A stretch of 33,027 bases of DNA from Alphaproteobacteria bacterium (GCA_005884705.1 VBAF01000063.1:1-33027), one strand, 5' to 3'. Shown: positions 7,516 to 16,447, counted from the stretch's first letter. Made by a program: numbers and translations. The notes: a model not told the origin generated them from the letters alone.

Positions 7516-9377
7516 TAGGAGCCGATCGGTCCCCCGCCCTTCCTGGTGATCGCCACCACCGCGGGTCGGGGCGGCACGTCGGGCTTGAAGTCGGGCCAGC
7601 GGGTCGACGGCTTCTCGAAGGTCGAGCCGCGATCCTCGCCGGGATGCTGCACGGCGAGGAAGAACGTCCGGTCGTCGGGCGTGAAGATCGGCCCACAGAC
7701 CTCCGCACCGGTCGGCGCCTGGTAGAAGCAGCGCGTCAACGCGCGGCCGTAGCCCATCGTGTCGGCGCCGTAGACGCCGTCGGCCACGCCCGCCGCCACG
7801 GGCGCACCGTCAGTGACGATCCAGATGCGCCCCTTGGAATCGAAAGCAATGTTGTCGGGGCAGGAGAGCCAACCCTGGTCCGACGTGGCGCGGTGATAGC
7901 GCGCGCCGGCATCCTGGCCGGGCTTGCCGGCCAGCAGGAAGATCGACCAGGCCGCCTCGGCCGAGCCGTGATCGCCGTCCTTGGGCGCGAGTTCGAGGAT
8001 GTGGCCGTGATCGTTGACGGCGCGCGGATTGGCCTTGTCGACCTGCTCGGGCTTGCGCCGGCCATTGTTGGTCAGCACGACGTAGACGCGGCCGTTCACC
8101 GGATTGGTCTCGATGTCCTCCGGCCGGTCCATCGGCGTCGCCTTTACCAGATCGGCGGCGCGGCGGGCGTTGATCACCACGTCGCCCTGGTCGGCAAAGC
8201 CGTTGGCCGCGGTGAGCGGCCCCTGTCCGTGCACCAGCGGCAGCCAGGTGAGCTTGCCGTCGGCCTCGAAGCGCGCGGCAGAGAGCGTACCCTCGTCGAG
8301 GAGATTCTTGTTGGCGACGCGATCGGTCGGATTCCACGGCCGCGCGGTGACGAACTTGTAGACATATTCGAAGCGCGCATCGTCGCCGCTGTAGAAAACG
8401 ACCCGGCCATCCTTGGCCAGCGTATAGGTGCAGCCTTCATGGCAAAACCGGCCGAGCGCGGTGCGCTTCACCGGCACCGACTGCGGCTCGTAGGGATCGA
8501 TCTCGACGACCCAGCCGAAGCGGTTGGGCTCGTTGGGTTCCTTGTCCGTATTGAAGCGGTCGACGAAACGATCCCAGCCGTAGGCGCTGCGGCCGAGCCC
8601 GTAGCGCTTGGCCAGCGCGACGTCGGGCAGCTTGCTGGCGTCACCGCCGAAATAGGTGTGGAAGTTCTCCTCGCAGGTCAGCCAGGTGCCCCACGGCGTG
8701 CTGCCGCCGGCGCAATTGGCGAAGGTGCCGAACACCTTGCGGCCGCCGGGATCGGCGTTGGTCTTGAGCTTGTCGTGGCCGGCCGCGGGACCGGAGATCT
8801 CCATCGCCGTGTTGGCCGACAGGCGGCGCGCATATTTGCTGCCGGCGACCACCTTCCAGGCGCCCGCCTCGTGCACGATCTCGATCACCGCGCCGCCGAC
8901 CGCCGCCATCAGCACCTCGGCCTGCTCCTTCGACGCCTTGAGGTTGCTATCGCGGCCCGAACCGAGGCCAGCGAACATCAGGTTGGGATTGACGTACTCG
9001 TGGTTGGCGACCAGCAGGAACCGGTCGGCGCCCTTGCTGCCATAGGGCAACGGATAGAGCCCGAGATAGTCGTTGTTGTAGCCGAACTGCTTCTCCTGAG
9101 CGGCCGCGGTCTGGTTGGCTGCATTGAAGGCCGGCGCATCGGCCATCACCGGATCGCCCCAGCGGATCAGCACCTGCATGTCGTAGCCATCGGCGACGTG
9201 CTGCTTGTCGTCGAGCGTGTGGGCGAGCTCCTTGAAGGTGAGCGAGGAGGGTCCCGCCTCCTGGGCTACTGCAGCGAAGGGCGATGCCGCCGCAAGCGCG
9301 GCCGCGCCGCGGATCAGGCCGCGACGGTCGAGGCGAAGGTCGATGAGGTCGGCAAGAGTCGGTTGGCTTTTGTCCAT
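7515..9377 (-). CDS. phoX: PhoX-family alkaline phosphatase (Tat-exported)
   Basis: Twin-Arg signal DRRGLI; QFGYNNDY, ANHEY, NCAGGSTPWGTWLTCEEN, ALGRFCHE, TPMDRPED, CPDNI, AEVCGP, VQHPGE. Confidence 0.96.
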   Translation of the reverse strand: MDKSQPTLADLIDLRLDRRGLIRGAAALAAASPFAAVAQEAGPSSLTFKELAHTLDDKQHVADGYDMQVLIRWGDPVMADAPAFNAANQTAAAQEKQFGYNNDYLGLYPLPYGSKGADRFLLVANHEYVNPNLMFAGLGSGRDSNLKASKEQAEVLMAAVGGAVIEIVHEAGAWKVVAGSKYARRLSANTAMEISGPAAGHDKLKTNADPGGRKVFGTFANCAGGSTPWGTWLTCEENFHTYFGGDASKLPDVALAKRYGLGRSAYGWDRFVDRFNTDKEPNEPNRFGWVVEIDPYEPQSVPVKRTALGRFCHEGCTYTLAKDGRVVFYSGDDARFEYVYKFVTARPWNPTDRVANKNLLDEGTLSAARFEADGKLTWLPLVHGQGPLTAANGFADQGDVVINARRAADLVKATPMDRPEDIETNPVNGRVYVVLTNNGRRKPEQVDKANPRAVNDHGHILELAPKDGDHGSAEAAWSIFLLAGKPGQDAGARYHRATSDQGWLSCPDNIAFDSKGRIWIVTDGAPVAAGVADGVYGADTMGYGRALTRCFYQAPTGAEVCGPIFTPDDRTFFLAVQHPGEDRGSTFEKPSTRWPDFKPDVPPRPAVVAITRKGGGPIGS

Positions 9378-9399
9378 CGGGCCCTTTTGGCAATTCGAT

Positions 9400-9417
9400 C
9401 CTACAGCGGCGTGACAG
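9400..9417 (-). promoter_or_regulatory. Putative Pho box (PhoB site) upstream of phoX
   Basis: Minus strand CTGTCAC-GCCG-CTGTAGG: two CTGT half-sites 11 bp apart, ending 22 bp before the phoX ATG. Confidence 0.6.
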
Positions 9418-9440
9418 CGGCAGGCCGTCAAGTTCCCAAA

Positions 9441-9469
9441 CTTCCCACGAGTTCCACGCTCGTGGGAAG
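9441..9469. repeat. Perfect 11-bp inverted repeat in the divergent intergenic region
   Basis: CTTCCCACGAG-ttccacg-CTCGTGGGAAG. Confidence 0.85.
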
Positions 9470-9570
9470 CCTCCGAGGCCGATGGCACAAGCGCTTTGGG
9501 CGATTCTTCCCGATTTCCCACCACCCCCATCCCGGTCGATTTGTCCACAGATCGGGGATAGCTTCGCGGC

Positions 9571-9870
9571 ATGGAAGACACCGAGGCCCTGCGGCAGCGG
9601 GCCATTGCCCTGCGCGCCGCAGCCGATGCGCTGACGCGCGGCTATCGCCGGGCGACCTGGCTGCGCTTCACCCTGGTGTTCTTCCCGGTGCCGTTCCTGG
9701 TCGTGCTGCTGCGCCTGCAGCTCGAGTCCTGGCACTATTTCGTCCTGGGCGGCGCCTATCTCGGCTTCTCGGCGCTGCTCTACGTCATCGACGGGCGCGC
9801 CTCCGACAAGTGCGCCGTCGCCGAACGGGCGGCGGAGGCGGCAGAACAAGCGTGCGCTAGCGCCGGCTGA
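9571..9870 (+). CDS. Hypothetical small membrane protein (2 TM)
   Basis: 99 aa with two hydrophobic segments (FTLVFFPVPFLVVLL; YFVLGGAYLGFSALLYVI); host-like codon usage. Confidence 0.75.
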   Translation: MEDTEALRQRAIALRAAADALTRGYRRATWLRFTLVFFPVPFLVVLLRLQLESWHYFVLGGAYLGFSALLYVIDGRASDKCAVAERAAEAAEQACASAG

Positions 9871-11152
9871 GGGCCTTCTGGCGCCGCAAGGTTCCCTCGC
9901 GCAGCGCTTCGTAGATCGGCGCGTCGCGCAGCAGGGTCGGCACCAGCATCGCGGCGAAGCAGGCGCCGAGCATCGGCAGCAGCAGGGTGAAGGCGGCGGT
10001 CATCTCGATGATCAGCACGATGCCGGTGAGCGGCGCGCGCACGATGCCGGTGAACAGGGCGGCCATGCCGACCACGGCGAAGGCCGCGGGCGGAATGCCG
10101 AGGCCGGGAAAGGCCGCGGCGCAGCCCACGCCGAACAGCAGGCCGGCCTGCGCGCCCAGCACCAGCATCGGCGCGAACAGCCCGCCGGGCGTGCCGGCGG
10201 CGTAGGAGGCATGGCCCATGGCGAAGCGCAGCAGGAAGATCAGTGGCAGCAGCGCGAGCGGCGCCGCGCCATCGAGGGCGCGCTGGGTGAGGACGTCGCC
10301 GCCGCCGACCAGCGCCGGCGCGAACCACGCCACGGCGGCGACCGCGGCACCGACCAGAGCTGCCCGCATCTCGGCCGGGATCGCGCGCAGCCGCTCGAAG
10401 GCGGCAATCGTCGCGAGCAGCGAGCGGTTGTAGGCGATTGCCAGCAGGCCCGCGACCGCGCCCAGCACGAGGAACAGCGGCAGGCCCAGAGTCGGCACGG
10501 GCTCGAGCGGCGCCACCAGGAAGTCGGGTTGGTTGCCGAGCAACACGCGCGCCGTCGCGATCGCGGTGGCCGATGCAGCGAGCGCAGCGAGCGCGATGCG
10601 CCGCTCGAAGCGCTGCACCAACTCCTCGAGCACGAACACCGCGCCGGCGATCGGCGCGTTGAAGGCGGTCGCCAGACCCGCGCCGGCGCCGGCGGCCATC
10701 AGCACGCGGGTGTCGGCCCAGCCGCGGCGCGACAGCTCGGCCGCGAGGTGCGCCAGGCTCGCCCCCATCTGCACGCTCGGCCCCTCGCGGCCGAGCGCCA
10801 GCCCGGAGCCGATCGCCAGCAGGCCGCCCACGAATTTCACCGGCAGCAGACGGAACGGCGCGGTCGGCACAGCCTGCCGCAGCACCAGCTCGACATGCGG
10901 GATGCCGCTGCCCGAGGCGTGCGGCGCGAAGCGGCGCACCAGCCAGGCCGCCAGCGCCGCCGCGCCGCCGGCCAGCACCACGAGGAGAAAGCCGAACGCG
11001 GCCTGGCCGTGCGCCCAGCCGACGGCTGCATCACGCAGCCGGTCGGCCTCCTGTAGGCAGAGACGGAACAGCGCGCAGACCAAGCCGGTTGCCGCGCCCA
11101 CCGCGAGGGCGAGGGCGGTCAGGACCAGGAGATTGCCGCCGCGCTCAGGCAG
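9857..11152 (-). CDS. clcA: ClC-family H+/Cl- antiporter; start uncertain (CTG 11152 or GTG 11101)
   Basis: GSGIP, GREGP (gating Glu), FVLEE (proton Glu), GGLFAP, PIYE. The frame stays open upstream of GTG 11101 and reads LPERGGNLLVLTALALA. Confidence 0.9.
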   Translation of the reverse strand: MPERGGNLLVLTALALAVGAATGLVCALFRLCLQEADRLRDAAVGWAHGQAAFGFLLVVLAGGAAALAAWLVRRFAPHASGSGIPHVELVLRQAVPTAPFRLLPVKFVGGLLAIGSGLALGREGPSVQMGASLAHLAAELSRRGWADTRVLMAAGAGAGLATAFNAPIAGAVFVLEELVQRFERRIALAALAASATAIATARVLLGNQPDFLVAPLEPVPTLGLPLFLVLGAVAGLLAIAYNRSLLATIAAFERLRAIPAEMRAALVGAAVAAVAWFAPALVGGGDVLTQRALDGAAPLALLPLIFLLRFAMGHASYAAGTPGGLFAPMLVLGAQAGLLFGVGCAAAFPGLGIPPAAFAVVGMAALFTGIVRAPLTGIVLIIEMTAAFTLLLPMLGACFAAMLVPTLLRDAPIYEALREGTLRRQKALSRR

Positions 11153-11771
11153 GCAGCACCCGTTTCATCCAGGCCGCCGTCGCCTGCGAGTCCTGGCTGT
11201 CGCTCGCCTCGAGCTTGGCGATCACGCGCTGGCGGTCTTCGAGCTCGCGGTTCTGGCTGAGCTTCAGCTTGGTCTCGATCCGCTCGACGGGCATGCGGAA
11301 GGCGACGATGTTCCTGGTCTGCTCGGCGGCGTTGCCGGGCGGCAGGCGACCAAGACCCCACGCCTCCGCACCCGAGCCTTCGTACTGCGCGGCGAGCCGG
11401 GTCAGCACCATCAGCACGGCGGGCGTCGCCTCGATCACCTGCGGCCGGCCGTAGGCATGCACGGTGACGTAGTTCCAGGTCGGCACCTTGGGGCCCGGCG
11501 TGTACCAGGTCGGCGAGACGTAGGCGTGCGGGCCCCAGAACAGCCCGAGCGACGGCGTGCCGCGCGCGAACAGCTTCCAGTGGTCGTTGGCGCGCGCCAT
11601 GTGGCCGATCAGGCTGCCGTGCGGGCTGCCGTCGTCTTCCCATTGCAGGACCAGATGGGTGCAGAGCGGCGCGCCCGACTCGTCGGCGGTGCTCAGCAGA
11701 GCCCAACTATGGGCCTTCATGATCTCGCGGCCGTGGGCCTCGCTGCCTTCGAAATGCTTGGGGATGTACAT
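11145..11771 (-). CDS. FMN-binding negative transcriptional regulator (PaiB family)
   Basis: MYIPKHF, GHMARANDHW, GPHAYVSPTWY, VPTWNYVTVHAYG, KLKLSQNR. Confidence 0.93.
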   Translation of the reverse strand: MYIPKHFEGSEAHGREIMKAHSWALLSTADESGAPLCTHLVLQWEDDGSPHGSLIGHMARANDHWKLFARGTPSLGLFWGPHAYVSPTWYTPGPKVPTWNYVTVHAYGRPQVIEATPAVLMVLTRLAAQYEGSGAEAWGLGRLPPGNAAEQTRNIVAFRMPVERIETKLKLSQNRELEDRQRVIAKLEASDSQDSQATAAWMKRVLPA

Positions 11772-11861
11772 CGCTGCCTGCTTGGGCTCGCACTGCGAGC
11801 CGGACGGTTGAACGAGCCCGGATTACCATGTCAGATGCGCCCCGCAACCGGGAGGTTTTTC

Positions 11862-12533
11862 ATGGGTGAAGATATCCGTCTTAAGTCTGCCGCCGGTGAA
11901 ATCGGAGCCTATATCGCCACGCCCAAGGGCACGCCAAAGGGCGGCATCGTGGTCATCCAGGAGATTTTCGGCGTCAACCACCACGTCAAGGCGGTGACCG
12001 ACAAGTTTGCCGCCGACGGCTATATCGCGCTGGCGCCCCGCTTCTTCGACCACATCAAGACCGGCATCGAGCTCGGCTACACGCCCGACACCATCGCCGA
12101 GGGCCGCGGCTACGTGATGACGGCGGGCTTCACCGACAAGGCGGTGCAGGACGTCGATGCGGCGATCCAGGAGCTGAAGAAGCGCGGCGCCCGCAAGGTC
12201 GGCGTCGTCGGCTTCTGCTGGGGCGGCACCATCACCTGGCTCGCCTCGACCCGGCTCAAGCCCGATGCGGCGGTCGCCTATTACGGCGGCGGCATCCACG
12301 GCACCAAGAACGAGAAGCCCGGCGCACCGACCATGATGCATTTCGGCGACAAGGACATGCACATCCCGATGGCGCACGTGAACGAGCTCCGCAAGCTCCA
12401 TCCCGAGGTGCTGATTTTCGACTACCCCGCCGATCACGGCTTCCATTGCGACGAGCGCGGCAGTTGGGACGCGCCAGCGTCGAAGCAGGCGATGGCGCGC
12501 ACGCTCGAGTTCTTCACCAAGCACGTGGGGTAA
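11862..12533 (+). CDS. Dienelactone hydrolase family protein
   Basis: VVIQEIFGVN, GFCWGG nucleophile motif, HFGDKD, YPADHGFHCDER; GGAGG RBS. Confidence 0.95.
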   Translation: MGEDIRLKSAAGEIGAYIATPKGTPKGGIVVIQEIFGVNHHVKAVTDKFAADGYIALAPRFFDHIKTGIELGYTPDTIAEGRGYVMTAGFTDKAVQDVDAAIQELKKRGARKVGVVGFCWGGTITWLASTRLKPDAAVAYYGGGIHGTKNEKPGAPTMMHFGDKDMHIPMAHVNELRKLHPEVLIFDYPADHGFHCDERGSWDAPASKQAMARTLEFFTKHVG

Positions 12534-12561
12534 CCACCGCCGAGCAGTGCGACTCGCACCT

Positions 12562-12628
12562 TGTCATCCCGAGCGTAGCGAGGGATCTAGGTTGCGATCT
12601 TGGATCCCTCGCTGCGCTCGGGATGACA
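12562..12628. repeat. REP/MITE-like intergenic palindrome with 26-bp arms
   Basis: TGTCATCCCGAGCGTAGCGAGGGATC-N15-GATCCCTCGCTGCGCTCGGGATGACA; one mismatch, which is a G.U pair in RNA. Confidence 0.9.
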
Positions 12629-12644
12629 CTGGTTCCTGCATCAA

Positions 12645-13868
12645 ATGCCCGCTAAACGTCCCGCCCAGAAATCCTTCACTCCCGACGCGCGCGGGCCCCT
12701 GAACGGGGTCCGCGTCGTCGATCTGTCGCGGCTGGTCGCCGGCAACATCCTCACCCTGCAGCTCGCCGACTTCGGCGCCGAGGTGATCAAGATCGAGCCG
12801 CCCGAGGGCGACACGCTGCGCTCGTGGAAGGTCAAGGGCGTCGAGACGGCGTGGAAGGTCTATAGCCGCAACAAGAAGAGCGTGGCGCTCGACCTGCGCT
12901 CCGACGCCGGCCGCGCCATCGTGCGCGAGCTCGCCAAATCGGCGGCGATCCTGGTCGAGAGCTTCCGCCCGGGCGTGCTGGAGGACATGCAGCTCGCGCC
13001 GGATGAATTGCACAAGATCAATCCAAAGCTGATCGTCGTGCGCATCTCGGGCTGGGGCCAGGACGGCCGCTATCGCCACAAGCCGGGCTTCGGCACGCTG
13101 ATCGAAGGCTATTCCGGCTTCGCCTCGATGAACGGCTTCGGCGACCGCGAGCCGGTGCTGCCGCCGATGTATCTCGCCGACTGCATGGCGGCGCTGAACG
13201 GCTATGGTGCGGTGATGGTGGCGCTGCGCGAAGTCGAGATCAACGGCGGGCAGGGCCAGGTGATGGATCTGCCGCTGTTCGATCCGCTCTATTCGATGCT
13301 CGGGCCGCAGGCCGCCAACTACAAGCTGACCGGCGAGGTCAAGATCCGTACCGGCAGCCGCTCGACCAACGCCGCCCCGCGCAACGTCTACCAGACCAAA
13401 GACGGAAGCTGGGTGTGCCTCTCGGCCTCGACTCAAGGCATGGCGCTCCGCGTGCTGGCCAAGATCGGCCGCGCAGACCTGGTCGAAGACCCGCGCTTCT
13501 CAACCAACATCGAGCGGGTGAAGAACGGACTGGAACTCGACCGCCTGATCGGCGAGTTCATCGGCGCGCGCGACCTCGCCGAGAACCTGAAGTATTTCGA
13601 CGAGGCCGGCGTCACCATCGGCCCGGTCTACGACATCAGCCAGATCGTGCAGGACGACTATGTGCTGGAGCGCGAGGCGCTGATCGAGATTCCCGACGAG
13701 CAAATGGGCGAGCTGCCGACCCATCCCGTGGTGCCGCGAATGTCGGGCTCGCCGGGCGCGCTCAAGTCTTCGGCGCCGAAGATCGGCGAGCACAACGAGG
13801 CGCTGCTGAAGCCGCTGCTGGGCCAGGCCGAGTACGCCAAGCTGAAGCAGGCCGGAGTGATCAAGTGA
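12645..13868 (+). CDS. CoA-transferase family III (CaiB/BaiF)
   Basis: LNGVRVVDLSR, LADFGAEVIKIEPPEGD, RNKKSVALDL, ESFRPG, SGWGQDG, catalytic Asp in YLAD, APKIGEHN. Confidence 0.95.
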   Translation: MPAKRPAQKSFTPDARGPLNGVRVVDLSRLVAGNILTLQLADFGAEVIKIEPPEGDTLRSWKVKGVETAWKVYSRNKKSVALDLRSDAGRAIVRELAKSAAILVESFRPGVLEDMQLAPDELHKINPKLIVVRISGWGQDGRYRHKPGFGTLIEGYSGFASMNGFGDREPVLPPMYLADCMAALNGYGAVMVALREVEINGGQGQVMDLPLFDPLYSMLGPQAANYKLTGEVKIRTGSRSTNAAPRNVYQTKDGSWVCLSASTQGMALRVLAKIGRADLVEDPRFSTNIERVKNGLELDRLIGEFIGARDLAENLKYFDEAGVTIGPVYDISQIVQDDYVLEREALIEIPDEQMGELPTHPVVPRMSGSPGALKSSAPKIGEHNEALLKPLLGQAEYAKLKQAGVIK

Positions 13869-14782
13869 CGCGCGACGCTCCTTTCCGGCCGCGGCCTCCC
13901 GTCTGGCGCTCGATCCTCTACGTGCCGGGCAATGTGCCGAAGTTCATCGACAAGGCGCACGAGCGCGGCGCCGATTGCGTGCTGATCGATCTCGAGGACA
14001 GCGTGCAGCCGGCGCAGAAGCCCGAGGCACGGGCGATGCTGGCGGAGACCATGTCGAAGGTGGCGCGCGGCGGCGCCGACGTGGCAGTGCGCATCAACCG
14101 GCCGATGCGGCTCGCCATCGCCGACATCGAGGCGGCGGTGCGGCCGGGCCTGTCGGCGCTGTTCGTCACCAAGACCGAGAGCGTGCAGCACCTGCGGCTG
14201 CTCGACGAGGCGGTGACCGAGCTCGAGAAGGAGCGCGGCCTGCCGCTGGGCGGCATAGGCTTTAGCGCCATGATCGAGCATCCGCGGGCGCTGGCGCACA
14301 TCAACGACATCGCCGAGCACGCCCCGCGCCTGATCGCCATGATGCTGGGCGGCGAGGACTTCGCGCTCGAGACCGGCTCGCTGCCGGGCGACGAGACGCT
14401 GGAATTGCCCAAGCGACTGGTGGCGTTCGCAGCCCAAGCGCACGGCGTCAACATGATCGGCATCCTCGGCACCGTCGCCGACTATTCCGATCCGGCGGCC
14501 TACCGGAACAGCGCCGAACGGGCGAGCCGCTTCGGCTTCTCCGGCGGCACCTGCATCCATCCAGGCCTGGTGGCGGCGCTGAACGAAGCGTTCACGCCCA
14601 AGCCCGACGAGGTCGCCCATGCCCGCAAGCTGATCGACGCCGACAAGAAGGCGCAGGCCGAGGGCCGCGGCTCCTTCTCGGTCGACGGCAAGATGATCGA
14701 CATCCCGGTGATCGACCGCGCCCGCAAGCTGCTGGCGCGTCACGCGTCGATCGAGCGGCGGCTGAAGGCGAAGAAGCTCTAG
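13865..14782 (+). CDS. CitE/HpcH-like CoA-ester lyase
   Basis: RSILYVPG, IDLEDSV, VRIN, MIE, LGGEDF, GFSGGTCIHP, DGKMIDIP; GTGA overlap with the upstream stop. Confidence 0.93.
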   Translation: MTRDAPFRPRPPVWRSILYVPGNVPKFIDKAHERGADCVLIDLEDSVQPAQKPEARAMLAETMSKVARGGADVAVRINRPMRLAIADIEAAVRPGLSALFVTKTESVQHLRLLDEAVTELEKERGLPLGGIGFSAMIEHPRALAHINDIAEHAPRLIAMMLGGEDFALETGSLPGDETLELPKRLVAFAAQAHGVNMIGILGTVADYSDPAAYRNSAERASRFGFSGGTCIHPGLVAALNEAFTPKPDEVAHARKLIDADKKAQAEGRGSFSVDGKMIDIPVIDRARKLLARHASIERRLKAKKL

Positions 14783-14802
14783 TCCGCCGCCATCACACAG
14801 CC

Positions 14803-14828
14803 GCAACATTGCGGCCACCGGCACCGTT
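14803..14828 (+). promoter_or_regulatory. Sigma-EcfG-type promoter (variant -35)
   Basis: GCAAC-N17-CGTT directly before the GGAGG RBS and ATG 14837. Confidence 0.55.
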
Positions 14829-14836
14829 AAGGAGGC

Positions 14837-15400
14837 ATGGCCCGTCCCGGGAAAACGCCACGATCCCTCATCGACCTGCCGGTTCGCGATCGCGAGACCG
14901 GCGATGTCACGGTGGTGGTGGAGACGCCCAAGGCGAGCCGCAACAAGTACAAATACGACCCCGAATGCCGAGCCCTCCGCCTTGCCGCGGTGCTGGGCGA
15001 AGGGCTGGCCTTTCCCCACGATTTCGGATTCATCCCCTCGACCCTGGGCGAGGACGGCGACCCGCTCGACGTGCTGCTGTTCCTCGACCACGGCGTGCCG
15101 CCGACCACGGTGGCGACGGCGCGGCTGATCGGCGTGCTCGAGGTCCGCCAGCGCGATCACGGCGAGAAGACGTGGAAGCGCAACGACCGCTTCTTCGCCG
15201 TGGCGACCCACGCGCACGCCCACCAGCATCTCAAGACCCTGGCCGACCTGCGGCCGCACATGCTCGACGAGATCGAATCCTTCTTCGTCCACTATGCCGG
15301 GCTGAACGGCAAGCAGCTCGAGGTGCTGGCGCGCAAGGGCCCGCGCCGCGCCGACAAGCTGCTCAAGGCTGGCGCCCGGTTGTTCGAGCGCCGGCGATGA
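14837..15400 (+). CDS. ppa: Family I inorganic pyrophosphatase
   Basis: VVETPKASRNKYKYD, FPHDFGFIPSTLGEDGDPLDV, RNDR, EIESFFVHY. Confidence 0.92.
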   Translation: MARPGKTPRSLIDLPVRDRETGDVTVVVETPKASRNKYKYDPECRALRLAAVLGEGLAFPHDFGFIPSTLGEDGDPLDVLLFLDHGVPPTTVATARLIGVLEVRQRDHGEKTWKRNDRFFAVATHAHAHQHLKTLADLRPHMLDEIESFFVHYAGLNGKQLEVLARKGPRRADKLLKAGARLFERRR

Positions 15401-15852
15401 GAATGGAGATCCATCAGCAGACCCTGGAAGAAGCCTCGACGCAGGTCGGCGGCGAGGCGCGCATGCTGCTGCCCGGTGTGCAGACCTTGATGGGCTTCCA
15501 GCTCATGGCGGTCTTCAACCAGCGCTTCGAGCAGTTCACCTTCGCCGAGCAGGTGGCGCACTTCGTCGCCTTCCTCCTGGTCACGCTGACCATGGGCCTG
15601 CTGATGGCGCCGGCGGCCTATCATCGGCAGGCCGAGCGCTGCATGGTCACCGAGCGCTTCGTCAAGATGTCCTCGGCGCTGCTCACCCTGGCGATGATCC
15701 CGTTCACGGCCGGCGTCTGCCTCGACACCTATCTCGTCGGCAAGATGATCCTGAAGGATCCGACGCCGTCATGGCTCGCCGCGCTCGGCATGCTGGTCGT
15801 CCTGGTCGGCCTGTGGTTCGTGCTGCCGCGAGCGGTGAGGCCGCATCGCTGA
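15397..15852 (+). CDS. DUF6328-like membrane protein
   Basis: EARMLLPGVQTLMGFQLMAVFNQRF, LLMAPAAYHR, LWFVLP, 4 TM; ATGA coupling to ppa. Confidence 0.8.
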   Translation: MRMEIHQQTLEEASTQVGGEARMLLPGVQTLMGFQLMAVFNQRFEQFTFAEQVAHFVAFLLVTLTMGLLMAPAAYHRQAERCMVTERFVKMSSALLTLAMIPFTAGVCLDTYLVGKMILKDPTPSWLAALGMLVVLVGLWFVLPRAVRPHR

Positions 15853-15853
15853 C

Positions 15854-16447
15854 ATGACCGAGCTCGCGCTTCGTGCCGCCGCGCATCTCGCGATCGACAT
15901 GCAGCGGCTGTTCGGCGAGCCGGAGAGCCCGTGGTGCGTGCCGTGGATGGAGCGCGCGCTGCCGCAGGTGCTCGCGCTGGCGCGGCGACAGCCCGATCGC
16001 ACGGTGTTCACCCGCTTCATCCCGCCGCGACAGCCTGAGGACATGCCAGGTGCGTGGCGGGACTACTACAAACACTGGCGCGCCATGACCCAGCAGAATC
16101 TCGATGAGCGCCTGCTCGAGCTGATGCCGCCCTTGCAGGCCCTCGTGCCGCCCGGCCACCTCTGTGACAAGGCGGTGTACTCCGCCTTCGCCAATCCAAA
16201 ACTGGCTCCTTGGCTCAAGTCCCAGGGCATCGACACGCTGATCGTGAGCGGCGGCGAGACCGATGTCTGCGTGCTGGCCACCGTCATGTCGGCCCTCGAC
16301 CTGGGCTACCGGATCGTGCTGGCGACCGACGCGCTGTGCAGCGCCAGTGACCGGACCCACGATGCGTTGCTGCTGCTCTACCGCGAGCGCTTCTCGCAGC
16401 AGATCGCCACGGCGACGACCGAAGAGGTGCTCCAGGCGTGGAACTGA
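15854..16447 (+). CDS. Cysteine hydrolase (isochorismatase family)
   Basis: Catalytic triad motifs IDMQ, DKAVYSAF, GGETDVCV; also DLGYR and DALCS. Confidence 0.93.
   Translation: MTELALRAAAHLAIDMQRLFGEPESPWCVPWMERALPQVLALARRQPDRTVFTRFIPPRQPEDMPGAWRDYYKHWRAMTQQNLDERLLELMPPLQALVPPGHLCDKAVYSAFANPKLAPWLKSQGIDTLIVSGGETDVCVLATVMSALDLGYRIVLATDALCSASDRTHDALLLLYRERFSQQIATATTEEVLQAWN

Noticed and set aside
9541-9549. TTGTCCACA as a DnaA box
   Set aside because: One mismatch and isolated; not distinguishable from chance.
11652-11663. CTHL in the PaiB-family protein as the displaced Rieske box I
   Set aside because: It reads CTHLVL, not CTHLGC, and sits where the family's own (A/C)THLP-type motif is expected.
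10533-11861. 666-aa ORF suggesting a long N-terminal extension on the dienelactone hydrolase
   Set aside because: The extension is antisense to clcA and the PaiB-family gene; the real start with a GGAGG RBS is at 11862.
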